DNA of 64,000 nucleotides from Cirrosporium novae-zelandiae (Eukaryota): NCBI GenBank assembly GCA_026023565.1, contig JAPETS010000004.1, positions 496,001 to 560,000 of the forward strand, read 5' to 3'. Shown piece by piece: positions 52,144 to 64,000 of this stretch (position 1 is its first letter; each line of letters starts with the position of its first letter). The notes under the pieces were generated by a model. It saw only the letters and a program-made list of their open reading frames with translations, ran no database searches and was not told where the DNA came from. The position numbers and the translations under genes were made by a program.

Positions 52144-53533
52144 CGCCTTGCCGAAAGCCTTGATTCACAGAAGCTTAAAACACTATTTAAATCAAATTAG
52201 ACCTAGGTTGCTTCCGTAGGAAAGGTTCAAGCAAAGACCTGCCTGGTCCTCGGGAACAAAGCCTTGGACAGAGGTAAAATGAGTTCATTCGAAATTCAAG
52301 AAGCGAATAACCGGGCGTGGATGAATTCTCTAGAAAGAGTTTTTCAGGACATAGAGCTTTCCCTAAGGTTGGTGATGTGTCGGGAAAAGTCACATTCTAA
52401 GAACGAAAAAAAAAACTATCAAAGCCTTGTTGTGTTGTATGTTGAATTTTGTGGACAATTCCGTTTCAGTCCAAAAAGAACTCGGTATTTTTTCCAAAGG
52501 GACATTTTGAAAGGTAAGATGAGGTTCCTTGAAGAAGGAGTATCTGGGTTAAGAAAAATTGATATTCAATCTGCCCTATCCAACCTCCTTGCGCCTTGCA
52601 CACTGCATCACACATGGTGCAGGTGCATGCATGGACCCAACATAGATCGGTAGACATCTATTTACCGTATTGAGCAATCTATATTTTTCCCCCTCCACTC
52701 TTCTTGTTAATTCCACACCTTTGGCTCTCAACCGAGGAGTTGTCGCAGAGCCATGTCTGATTCTCACCCCCAAGCACGGTATTACTAACCTTAGTATTCT
52801 TAGAAATCCTAGATGATGTTGCTATTTAGATGCAATCTTACCCTTCCCCACTGGTTGAGAAGTGTCATTGAGTGAGTCGTTTCCGAGACCTTCGGTGACT
52901 AGTATTTACATTGGATTTAAAGCAATGCAGGGATCAGCTACCCCTGTGTACCTTGACCTGAGAATTCTTGGCATTTGTTAGTGCTTATCATCCTGCAAGT
53001 TGGTTGATAGATTGCTGATCTTTAACATTAGAAAGACAGACCCTTGGGAATTTATCGTAACTTACTACCCTAACTGCCACCTATATAACTCTAACAACCT
53101 CCGCTATATTCCTCAACAATTAACTAAAGGGTTATTTGGCACTAAGTTGAAGAAGGAAGAAAAAAAAGTCAAACATATAATCTCGGATACTTTCTGTCAC
53201 CGATCCCGAAGAAACGGGAGAAAGTTGAGATAATGCTGACTGGGCAGAGGAATGTTTGAGCCCTGAAAAGCCGATAGGGCTACAATGGCATGGAAGGCTT
53301 ACAAATTTCTCTCCCATGGTTAATTGGATTCACGTCATACACAAAGGGACACGGTGGAATACGCATGATTACTTGTCTCAGAGTAGTAAAAGTATGAGAC
53401 AGTTGATGCCTTGACTTTTAAAAGGGTTTAAGAGTACCCTCGGGCTTAGACAGGCCCTGAAGACCTTTCTACTGTATTTCCCCATTTTATTGATGACTCT
53501 GGTGCTTAATTTTTTAGCATCTCCTCCTATAAT

Positions 53534-54889
53534 ATGAGTGACCCTAAAGCCCATCACCATCCCAAGCGACGACACCATGTCCAAAGCGACGACGAGAACC
53601 TAGAAGATGATACATCATTAGATAACGAACTACTACCTCTTCTTCAAGAACGCGATGATCTTGTTGATCATTCTTCGCAGAGACAATTAGATTCCAATGG
53701 ATCGAATCCACAGGAAGCCAGAGAGCTTCCTCATGGTACGATCTCTCCAGTTCAAAAATCCGGATCACATACGGCAATGACTTCCTCTGACCACGATCCT
53801 CCGAAAGTTACGCCAGCATGCCATATAATGGCTGTGATACAAAAGATGAAAATTCCTGTCTCATCTAGTTGGAAGTCCTCTACTGCCCAAGGTCCACGCC
53901 ATCCATTGCCACCCACATCCAGCGGACGAAGAACACGATCTCTCAGCGAGGTTCCCTATAATTTAGATATACTCCAACAGATGTCTCCTGTTGAACTTGA
54001 AGATACACTACCATCTCAAGAGACAGTGCTTTATCTTGCTTACGGGTCAAATCTCTGTGCAAAGACATTCCAAGGGACTAGAGGCATCCGGCCTTTATCG
54101 CAAATTAACGTGGTCGTCCCAGAGCTGGTTTTGACGTTTGACCTTCCAGGGATCCCATATCTCGAACCATGCTTCGCAAACACACGATACCGGAACCAAA
54201 AATCCCTTACCACACCGGATTACCAAGAAACAAAATGGGAAAAGGGTTTAGTGGGGGTAGTCTACGAGGTGACAAAGAAAGATTATGCACACATAATAGC
54301 TACAGAAGGTGGCGGAGCTTCGTACCAAGATATCCTCGTTGACTGCTATCCCCTAGAGAACGCCAAAATCATCCCCGACAATCCTACAAACAAACCGTTC
54401 AAAGCACATACTCTGTACTGTCCCGCGATGCCCCCCACGCCCTCCACGCCCTCTCCATCCAATAACGGCAGATCAGCACGCCCCGATCCCAACTACGCCC
54501 AACCCTCCCCCCGGTACCTAAAGCTCATAACTACCGGCGCAGACGAGCACACCCTCCCTTCTGAATATCAAGACTACCTGCATACGCTCCACCCTTATAC
54601 CATAACCACTACTAAACAACGGATCGGAAAATATACATTTATGGCGATGTGGGCTCCCTTGCTGCTCTTTCTATTCGCGAGCGCAGACACTTTTAAAGAT
54701 AAGAATGGACGGAGTCCTAGTTGGTTTGTGGCATTTATGGGGGCGGTGCTGAAGGTGGTTTGGACTAGCTATGATAAAGTATTCAAGCCGCTTTTTGGAG
54801 ATGGGGAGAGGACTATGGGGGAAAATGGTGGGAAGGTGAATGATGGGGGGGTGGGTAACGGGAGGATAGATGAGAAGGATGCTGTGTAA
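53534..54889 (+). CDS. GliK-like gamma-glutamylcyclotransferase-fold protein
   Basis: Motifs TVLYLAYGSNL, FDLPGIPYLEPCFAN, GVVYEVT...IIATEGGG and QPSPRYLKLITTGADEH. Single ORF; the true start may lie downstream. Confidence 0.8.
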   Translation: MSDPKAHHHPKRRHHVQSDDENLEDDTSLDNELLPLLQERDDLVDHSSQRQLDSNGSNPQEARELPHGTISPVQKSGSHTAMTSSDHDPPKVTPACHIMAVIQKMKIPVSSSWKSSTAQGPRHPLPPTSSGRRTRSLSEVPYNLDILQQMSPVELEDTLPSQETVLYLAYGSNLCAKTFQGTRGIRPLSQINVVVPELVLTFDLPGIPYLEPCFANTRYRNQKSLTTPDYQETKWEKGLVGVVYEVTKKDYAHIIATEGGGASYQDILVDCYPLENAKIIPDNPTNKPFKAHTLYCPAMPPTPSTPSPSNNGRSARPDPNYAQPSPRYLKLITTGADEHTLPSEYQDYLHTLHPYTITTTKQRIGKYTFMAMWAPLLLFLFASADTFKDKNGRSPSWFVAFMGAVLKVVWTSYDKVFKPLFGDGERTMGENGGKVNDGGVGNGRIDEKDAV

Positions 54890-55875
54890 ATAATTGCATA
54901 TGTATATATATATATACCTAGGTACATATATTTGTTCTCAATACAAAAAATAAACATGTTAAAGACTAATAAATTTCGCCTTTCAGCCAATTAGCTTATC
55001 TAGTGATTACGATAATTATAATTGTAGAAGAAGGGGGGTAGCTTTAATGATGGGTAGATAGGGGAGATCCATGTCAGTTATGTCACAATGCCATCCAGAT
55101 ATACAAGTACCATATTCACAGAAATAAATATTTACTTCCGAACCACGCATGCATATTTCTGCTATATTTCTCCCAGATATAAATTTAAAATCATAGCTAA
55201 ATATTTTCAATAACTCTCTCCCTCTCCTCCCTCTCCTCCCTAAAACCCCAACCTCCTTCATTCGCAACCTGTTTGGTCGAATTCTCTGAGATCGAGGGGA
55301 TAGATGAAGCCGTAATTATTATAGATCTATGCCACTATCAAGGTGGATATCAAATACCTGTGGTGGATGTTACGAAGAAGGAGGTATTGGGGACGTGGTT
55401 TCGAGGGGGTGGTTTGACATGGAGGTTATTTGAGAGCGAATCAGATGGAAAAGAGAAAGGGGAAGGAGTATGATCTAGTAGAAGCTTTTGCGCTGGAAGA
55501 CTATTAAAGACTATCAAAGGACTTGTCGGTGTAGATAAGTGATTATTAGCCACGGATCAATAGGACCCAATCAATCAATCATATGTTTTCAAGGGCTTAC
55601 ATATCAATAGCTAGAAAAAATTATCTATGGGTAAGTTATGTATGGAATTGATTCTTCTAACTTTTGCGCCATTCCCGTTTATTACTTTTGTTAATATTCC
55701 GAGTGATTCCCATTGCTCTGGTGGAAGATCTCACTTGGCGCTGGGGTGACGTATTCAAGGAAGATCAAGAACAGGAACCTTGGTACCTCATTGAATCCCT
55801 AGGGAGGGATATATCCCATTAAACATCGCTGCAACATAGCTGTCCAGAAGGTGGGATGAGAAATCCATTGGTCAA

Positions 55876-56475
55876 TCATCGATTATAGGTAGTCCTGACT
55901 GATCGAGCTTCATCTGGCCTCTCTAGCTCACCTCTTTCCAATTCAAGCTCAAGCTTTCGGATATCAGTCCCATGCATATGCAACGTGAGGTACATGATCC
56001 AGTATCCCTCCCCTTCCATGATGACGACCCATTCTCCAGGCTCAATGCCAGAATAGTAATCAAGTACCCATAATGGAGTTAAGAAACAGGAACTCTGCTC
56101 TCCCTTTGGAGCACTCCATACAGTGAGATTGTTCCAAGGGTCCAGACGAAGCAAGTAAGGTTCCGGGAACACGGCAGATGTACTTGTAGTAGAAGGGCCC
56201 CCCCTTTCCTCTTCGTGATATTTGAGTTCTTGCAGGAAATGGGCGTTTGTTGGTGGTGGTGGTATCTGGGGGGAGCAGAATGCAATGCCAACAAAATTGT
56301 TGAGTTCAGAGCAGGTGGCAGGATGGGAGAGCAGTCCGCGGACTCTAGTGCGATCAACCTTCCAATGTCCTGGGAGAGACTGCCAGATTAATTTTATAAG
56401 GGCTGATTTGCTTGTGTTTATGATAATACCCCCACCTAGGTCAAGAAAGTCAGGGGAGTCAGGAGAGAGGACCAT
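55876..56475 (-). CDS. Hypothetical protein (199 aa)
   Basis: ATG in an A-rich context, 200 open codons and a TATA-like sequence ~100 nt upstream. No recognisable motif. Confidence 0.5.
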   Translation of the reverse strand: MVLSPDSPDFLDLGGGIIINTSKSALIKLIWQSLPGHWKVDRTRVRGLLSHPATCSELNNFVGIAFCSPQIPPPPTNAHFLQELKYHEEERGGPSTTSTSAVFPEPYLLRLDPWNNLTVWSAPKGEQSSCFLTPLWVLDYYSGIEPGEWVVIMEGEGYWIMYLTLHMHGTDIRKLELELERGELERPDEARSVRTTYNR

Positions 56476-57048
56476 TTTTTTTTAATAAGGTAAGGTGAGC
56501 GAGCAAAACATGTGCTCGAGTAAACTGGTAATTAATTGTGGTAAAATAATGTATTATTAGATACAGTGTCACGTGTATATAAGGCACGGGATCTTCGTTG
56601 TTTGCTCTCGGGAAATTGGTTGATGAAGGTTAGGCTGTATGTTTCAATTACTTTCTAACAAGGTTATCTTTTGTTTAATGGACTTGGATGGTTAGAGTTA
56701 AATGGGTTAAAATGGGGTTAAGTGACACTTTGTAGCCAATAATAGCTCTCTATATTTTAGTACTAATGTAATTATCCTGCAAAATGCAGCTTTCCCGATC
56801 ATCGTGCCACCACTTCCAAGCCCATCATCTCCTCCTTGCTTTTGTCTTGTCCATGATATCCATAACTTAACTAATTGCATCTCACTGTTGATACTTGTGT
56901 GTCCATGTGAACTATCAAAGTAAAGGACCAGCATCATCAGTGCTGTTCCTTCTCTGAATCAATTACATTCGCTTTGAATCAAAGTTTCATTTGATAATTC
57001 GTGATAATTCCTCCCTTCGTTGCCTTCTCATAACAATCTTCCTCCACC

Positions 57049-57588
57049 ATGGCTTTGATAAGCCCCTTTAACCTTCTACTGTTCATGATATCGTATCAAA
57101 TTCCAAATTCACTCGCTGCCTTCGCTCTCGCTGTACCAGCACCATTATTGCTTCACCCTCGAGCAGAAGATGAAACAAACGACACAGGCCCGCACTGGTA
57201 GTCTTATCTCATCACTTCTGTGGTTAGTCAAAACTAACCCACGATTATTAGGTTTAATAGACACTGGAAATGGGTCGTCATGTTAATTGTCCTCCTTGTC
57301 GGTCTCTCCACCATAGCCGTCATCGCCGTCTGCGTCAAACGACACTATTACCGGAAACTTGAAGCCAGAGCTCGACTCAACGCTACAAGCAATACCCACA
57401 TGGCCTGGGGTCCTCCGCAGCAGATGGCCTTGACACCGGGAACTGACTACACAATGGGAGGAGCCAATCCACAGCGCCCCCCCAATTATAGCAGAACTTC
57501 TCAGCCGGCGCCACAGCAGCGTGTGCCTGGAGGACCAACGGCAGGCGTAGGAGGCAGAAGAAAAAGTAAAAGGCTAGAAAAGAAATAA
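57049..57588 (+). CDS. Small single-pass membrane protein (signal-like N-terminus, HWKWVVMLIVL TM segment, basic tail)
   Basis: CCACCATGG start. Intron 57198-57251 gives GPHWFNRHWKWVVMLIVLLVGLSTIAVIAVCVKRHYYRK. Confidence 0.75.
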
Positions 57589-58603
57589 TCATTCATCCAT
57601 CCATTCGTTCCGTGAAAAAGTTGAAAGGTGTTTTATGGCGCAAAGGATATTGGGGGGGCGCGTTCGGGTGCATTTCCGCGGAGGCAAATGATGGGATGGA
57701 TTGTTGTTTTTTTTCCGTCTCACAACGAAATATTTGAGAGGGAGAGTGTGGTTCTGTTGCTTTAGTAGCAGCGGTTGTGTAATCCGAACCGCAAAATGGG
57801 TTTTCGCTTCTTTAACACTGCGCATAGGAAAGAAATATTAACTATAAGATAACCAATGCGAACATAATTATCGTTTACAATCGAGTTCGATACGTGATCC
57901 GGTCCTGGGCTCAAAACCTGTCGATTAGGGGTTTCTTCCTTCCGTCCCCGGAATTAACATCCAGATCATGCAGGATTCATTGTTCCATGAAAATTCTCCC
58001 AATGTTCCCTGCATCAAGGATACAACGTCGTCACTCGATTAACCCGTAGCTAGAAAAGAAGTACTACTCTGAATAATATTCATATAAAGCAGGATCTTGA
58101 CATTACATTAACGGATATACCAACATCATCATATCCGTCACCAAATAGCCCCCCATATACAACAGAATAGCTCCAAGAATCTAAGCCTTCCACATATAAA
58201 AATGTACATGTACATATCAAACCAAACAACAAAAAAGCACAGCAAACAATATCCCTAAGAGGAGTTTCACCTACCACCAAATGCTCCCTATATTATTGAA
58301 ACTTTGTTACCTCTTTCCTCCTAATAGTTCTTACAATTATTCTCTATCGTACTCGGCTAAAGTACTTAGTCCAAGGTAGGATCAAAATATAGAATGAATG
58401 AAAAAAAATCATAGAACATAAATGATAAGGTTACTTTTAGATGCTCGTAGGATAAGTTATAGTTTATCCAACCAGCCATTATTAATTTACATTATCCCAA
58501 CTTTTTATTTTTTTTTTTCGTTTTCAGGCTCCCCAAGATCATCATCATCCATTCTGTACTGTCCTGTCCGACGTCGCGATAACCCACACCACACCACACC
58601 ACA

Positions 58604-60760
58604 TCAGCAGAAAAATCGATAAATCTTTTTCCAAAAACGCGGCTTCGAGCTTGGTTCTTTCACCGCATCGGGATCCGCGATTTTAACGCCGGTGATCAGA
58701 TCCATGGTTTCGACGGTTAGAAACGGTGTGGGGGAATAGATTTTGAAGCCAAAGAAACATGCGATTGTTAAGGGGACTGCCAGGTAGGCTGACCAGAAGT
58801 CTGATGCACGGTCGCTGGCGCTCATATCTTCATAACCTTCTGGGAGGACAGATATAACCAGCTGGAGGATGAGTACAATAACGCATCCGACAAATCCGAT
58901 CCAGGAACCCCAGACACCGTATGGGGAGCGAAAAGGAAGCTGCTTCAAGGTAAAATTTTGGATCTTCCAGGCCGACCTGAAACGGATGTGGGCGAAACAG
59001 ATGGAGCCCCAGGTGATGATGGATGACAGCCCAGAGAGGGCAAGCAACCAGGTGAAGGCAGTAGCTTCTTTTGAGGAGTCGGCCATGAAAGCCAAAAGCC
59101 CAAATGCGAAGGTCAGTGCAAGACTGAGAAGAGGACGACCTTTACGATCGATGTATGCGAAGATGCGAGGTGCTTGATCTTGCTCGGCCAAGGCAATCAA
59201 GGTACGGGTAGATCCATAAACGGATGAGTTGGCAACCGAGAGGACCGTGATCAAAATGATGGCATTGATGATACTGGGAAGAACCGCTATACCGGCATCT
59301 TCAATAGCAATAACGAATGGTGATGCCTTAATATTAACACCAGCGGAGCCGGCAGTGAGAAGTCTGTCATCAGTGTAAGGTACCAGGAGGCCAATGAGGG
59401 TAATTGAAGCGATGTAGAACTTGAAACTGGTAAGTGAGGACTTCTTACACAACCCGAGAAAGAAACGTACCACAAAGACTCTCCAGAAAACATGTTTGAT
59501 GGCCTTGGGGACAGCTTCTTCTGGCTTTTCGGATTCCGCAGAAGCTAACCCTATCATTTCCGCCCCGGAGAATGAGAAGGCCGCTGTCACCTTTTAGGGA
59601 AAAAAAGTTAGTAGAGTATCTAGGACCAGAGCATCGTTGCCTCAGTCAGCTCACCCACGGGCTAATTGGGGCGGCTTTTGCTTAGCCTTCGGTACGGGAC
59701 TTCTAGCCACTACCTAATCGAATACAAATAGGTATGCGTGATCTCCCTTCAAGAGGACGGTTTGAGCTGACTGAGACAGGAACATTGTAACGACTTACCA
59801 AAACACTGAAAAATCCTTGCCATCCGTAATTGAATGCGCCTGGATCATGCCAGTAAGAACCGCCGATATACTCATGATTAGGACCTCCGCCGCAATTGAG
59901 AATAATGCCGAGGATACTAAATACCAGATCAGTTGGCTGCGCTGAATTCAGGTACGAGTTATCCCTACATAAACCCCACAACGGCCACAATTTTTATAAC
60001 GCTTAACACCGTCTCTACCTCTCCGTATTCCCTAACACTGAGCAGGTTTATTATGATTATTAACACCAAAAAAATTAGGACCCATGCCCAGTGTGGAACT
60101 GGTGCATTCCAGTATTCGAAGGTCATTGACAAAGCTATAAGCTCCAGAGGAAGGGTGACAAGCCATTGAAGGGCGTAGCTATAGTAATAAGAACGATTAG
60201 TAGATTTCCCAAGAACGGAGAATTTCCACAGCTTACTTCCAGCCCATGGCAAATCCCCATGCCGGATCTATGAAACGAGATGAGTAGGCAGTATATGCAC
60301 CGGCAACCGGAAAAAGCACAGCTAGCTCTCCAAGAGCATGCATGGTAACAAAGAGCAAACCACCAATTACGGCGAACGCGATAAGCAATGATGCTGGACC
60401 ACCAGATGAGAGTGCTGAACCCGAGCTAACAAATAAACCAGTACCTAAAAGCCTTTGTTAAGACAAGGACTATTGAAAGCGATTGCAGTCCGGAATTAGA
60501 GTAGGATATATACCAATACAACCTCCAATGGCAATCATCTCCAGGTGACGAGCCTGAAGAGTCTTCACCAAGGGAGAGCTAGCGGTCCTCTCAGCGGCAG
60601 TCTGGCCATCATGTTCATGTCTTGACTCCTTCTTGAAGCTATCAAGCATAGACTGAAAACTGAAGTTCTTCTGGGTAGTTGCTGGGGCGGTAACATCTTT
60701 TTCATCGAAGGGTAATGATGTTGTGGAATCCACAATCCCAGATTCAATGTCACGGCCCAT
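58604..60760 (-). CDS. Amino-acid permease (APC/YAT family, Gap1-like)
   Basis: Motifs [59 protein letters not shown] and SPFVIA. Five introns, including a 208-nt one at 59591-59798. Confidence 0.92.
59638..59778. repeat. 16-bp inverted repeat enclosing 109 nt, inside the permease intron
   Basis: TGCCTCAGTCAGCTCA (59638-59653) and TGAGCTGACTGAGACA (59763-59778). The single mismatch is a G-U pair in the minus-strand transcript. Confidence 0.9.
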
Positions 60761-61310
60761 TGTGAGGCATGCAATGGCTCCAGCAAATACACAAGCCGGT
60801 AAAGAACATAAATGGAGGGATGGGAAAATATACAGTAATACCAGTATCAACAGCAGGCTAAATATGTAAACAAGGGAGAGCAGCAGCTCTCATATAATGG
60901 CAAGACCATGACTCAGTCTCATGGGGAAGCCATTTTTTTTTCCTTCTTGCAAACCTTGGAACGGCTTTAAGCCCTGACGAGCTTTCACTGTACGTAACAG
61001 TTTGAACGTCAGTTGGAACGGTCTCTGAGGTTGAACCTAGCGGCGAGACGCGAAAAATGCTTGTGTGCAACTTGCCGTTTTTAGATTTCTAGCTTGCCAA
61101 CAACAAAAAGGCAATTGGTAGATCTACGCAGTTATAGCAGATCCAAGTCCATTGAATATGATCATCTTGAGATTACTCTCATGGTTTTTTATTAAAAAAA
61201 ATAGTTTTCATCTCATGATGTGAAGAAGCTTACCTGGGTAGTTAGGAGGCACTAGGGCCACCTATCCTGCCGTGCCCGCTACCAACTAACCATTCGGGGA
61301 ACTATGAATC

Positions 61311-61345
61311 AAACAAACCAAACAAACCAAACAAACCAAACAACC
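61311..61345. repeat. (AAACAAACC)~4 tandem repeat
   Basis: Visible directly. Confidence 0.85.
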
Positions 61346-62053
61346 ATGGAATTTTCCAACATAACAACATTGTTAATATTAACAATTCTCGCATCCGAGG
61401 TCATTTCTTACCTACCTACTAAATAGACCCTCACAAATACAGGACCTCCCGATTGCTGTGTTACTTGCGCCAATTGGCCTTGATATTAGAAAAATTGCCG
61501 CTTGGGGAGGGCTGGTATAATCTCGAGGTCAAATTGTAAGGCCAATTTGGGCTTTTCAAGCTAAATAATAATTACCAATGGAAAAACAACATAGGATCTT
61601 GGAGAGAAAGAACAGCAATTGGTTCACAAAAGGAGAAGGGAAAGATGTTATTGATATTGGGAAAAAATCAAATTGGTGCAATGGTGACCAAGAAGACGAG
61701 GAAACGTGATAGCTCCAGATGCTAAAAGAAGATAAGTTGTCATTTAAAAAGTGTGATCCTAACCACTACACCTTGATGCAGATATACCCAGTGAATGAAA
61801 AGGCCATAAGGTAGGGTCTCCTATTGTTAGTATCAGAAATGTCTAGTTACTACTACCACCTAATTAGTTAGTTGTTTACGGTATTAAAGTATAAATTTGT
61901 GGCATAATTCTCAACGGTCCGTGCACTTATCGATAACACAGGTAGCTGTGCTGTTGCCTTCCAACGTACAGCCTCCCAAGCTCTTACCAATCTCTATTTC
62001 ATCGCAACCGCATATTACGCGTAGCACACACTACTCACACTGCATAGAAGCAT

Positions 62054-64000
62054 ATGGCGCCTCTAGAATTAAGCGCAAAGATTATCGGTGAGTCGGTTGG
62101 CATTTCTTATCAATATTCGTAGTAGCTAATCGCTTCTACAGGAGGTCCTTGGAATCTGTTTGAAGCCTTTGAAAATGCTAGCTCTGAACCACCCCCAAAG
62201 CGCCAAAGGCTTAACCCAAACGTAGAAACAGACGGTTATTCCCATCATAACACAGACTTGATCCCTTTGAAGAGGATTAGTATACAGCTTGTTAGTTGCA
62301 TGAAATATTATATTCGCTCGTTGATGCTGATATTCCACATAGACCCCATCTGAAATTGTATTTCCCATTGAGCCATCCAGTCATTTTCTAGCATCGGAAG
62401 AACAATGTTTATTCCTTATCATAACAGAGACCGATATGCGCAAACCTAACACCTTATCTCTTACTCTTAGGGACCCAAAAACTAAGTGCAGCGTCGTACT
62501 TTCACTACAGTCAGATACCCTACATCAGGTGGTAGACGATATCAAATTGGCATCTAAGATACAAATTGAGAGGAAATATGAAGGCGTCTTGCATGCAGTA
62601 GTCGCTATTAGTCAGATTAACCAACATGGGAACGCTAGCCTGAGAGTTACGATATCGTGGCGAAATCGAGCAATGTTCAAAGCAGCGATACCGTTTGTTG
62701 ATAGTTTACTGGCGAAATACTTCAAACCACAATGGCTGGAGAAGGATATAGATTATACGAGAGGAGCAGTATGGACTCCAAGGGACTTCTACGATTGTAT
62801 TCGTTTACCAAATAAGGATTCAGGGACATCAGAGTATCTTCAAAGTAGCCTTGTTCAGTGTCAACTATATCCCTTTCAAAAGCGTGCTGTGGAATGGTTA
62901 TTGAAGAGGGAAAAGGTGAGAATTGGGATTGATGGAGGCATAATACCAGATAACGACCCAAGATATCGTTCGTATGATTCACACCATTCTTACCAAGAAG
63001 AAGTCGATGCAGATGGTCATCAATGTTTTGTTAGCCACTTCCTAGGAACTATCACAAAAGATCCTTCTATTGATACTCCAAACTTAGATGGAGGAATCCT
63101 TGCTGAAGAGATGGGTCTTGGGAAGACTGTGGAGATGATCTCATTGATATGCTTGCACAAAATGAATTCGAGTCCACACGTGCCTTTGGAAGCAGATGGT
63201 TTGGATTTTTCCCGTGCTACTCTAATAATAACTCCACCTTCGATAATGGAGCAATGGAAAAGTGAGCTGCATAACCGTGCACCGAGCTTGAAAGTTTTTC
63301 ATTATGAAGGCATCCAGAAAGAACAGCCAGGTGAGCATGACACACTCATCACAAAATTGCGGGATTCAGATGTTGTTCTTGCCACCTACAACTGTCTTTC
63401 TAGAGAAATACATTATACAGCCGAAAAGCCGCAAAGACAACTTCGCCACGAGAAAAAATATCAAAATAGAAGGAGTCCTCTTGTGAAAATTCGGTGGTGG
63501 CGTGTCCTACTTGATGAAGCCCAAAAGGTGGAGAGCGGCGTCAGTCAGGCAGCTATTGTTGCACGCTCGATCCCGCGAAGGTTTGCGTGGGCTGTCACCG
63601 GAACCCCGCTTCAGAAGAACAGTCAAGATCTTCTAGGTCTATTGGTTTTCCTTCGCTATTCACCGTATTCTTATTTGCCTTTGTGGAATAGGATGACAAC
63701 GGCGTACAAGCCAGTTTTTAAAGACATATTTTGCCAGCTAACTCTGCGGCATACGAAGGACCAAGTTCGAGATGAACTTCGCCTCCCACATCAAAAGCGC
63801 ATTGTTATTACTATGTCATTCACCGCAGTTGAGGAGCAGTATTATAATCATTTGTTTCAACAGATGTGTGACGACTGCCATCTTAGTCGAGAAGGGGCCC
63901 CTGTGGATGATTTTTGGGACCCAGAGTCGTCTACAAGTATTGAGAAAATGCGAGCTTGGTTAACTACGCTTCGTAGAACATGTCTTCATCCAGATGCTGG
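62054..64000 (+). CDS. irc20: SNF2-family ATPase, IRC20/SHPRH-like (3'-truncated by window edge)
   Basis: ATG 62054; introns 62088-62141 and 62291-62342. Motifs WTPRDFYD, LYPFQKRAVEWLL, GGILAEEMGLGKT, WWRVLLDEAQ and WAVTGTP. Absent from the ORF track because the frame runs off the end. Confidence 0.88.

Noticed and set aside
53534..54889. Gliotoxin-type biosynthetic cluster
   Set aside because: Only the GliK-like gene is present.
59591..59798. TPP riboswitch or box C/D snoRNA
   Set aside because: The TPP aptamer core (CUGAGA...CUGAU...UAAU...GCG) and a box C RUGAUGA are absent on the transcribed strand.
416..63963. Numerous short antisense or alternative-frame ORFs in the ORF track
   Set aside because: They overlap well-supported genes or start at TTG/GTG, lack motifs and are best explained as shadow ORFs.

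Overview
This is genomic DNA from a filamentous ascomycete (Pezizomycotina), with short GT-AG introns carrying CT(A/G)AC/T branch sites. It holds about 20 protein-coding genes. The left 15 kb matches the fungal nicotinate-catabolism (hxn) cluster: an HxnV-like phenol monooxygenase, an HxnR-like C2H2 regulator, the nicotinate-hydroxylase paralogue of xanthine dehydrogenase (HxnS, FATALH signature) and a divergent HxnT-like old yellow enzyme. After one decayed pseudogene comes the NAD-salvage nicotinate phosphoribosyltransferase gene (npt1). Next are syntaxin, Sym1/Mpv17 and eIF4E, then a ~9.6 kb gene-poor interval containing a 29-aa proline-rich micro-ORF with an SH3-ligand motif. The rest of the window has Sam37, a small secreted Cys/Thr protein, a DTD-motif rhodopsin, a ZIP zinc transporter, a cytochrome-less CDH-like GMC oxidoreductase, a large Red1/Rec10-like candidate, a GliK-like GGCT, two hypothetical proteins, an amino-acid permease with a strongly base-paired long intron, and the 5' part of an IRC20/SHPRH-like SNF2 ATPase. 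Exon boundaries were read by eye and family calls come from motif recognition; no database searches or folding computations were run.
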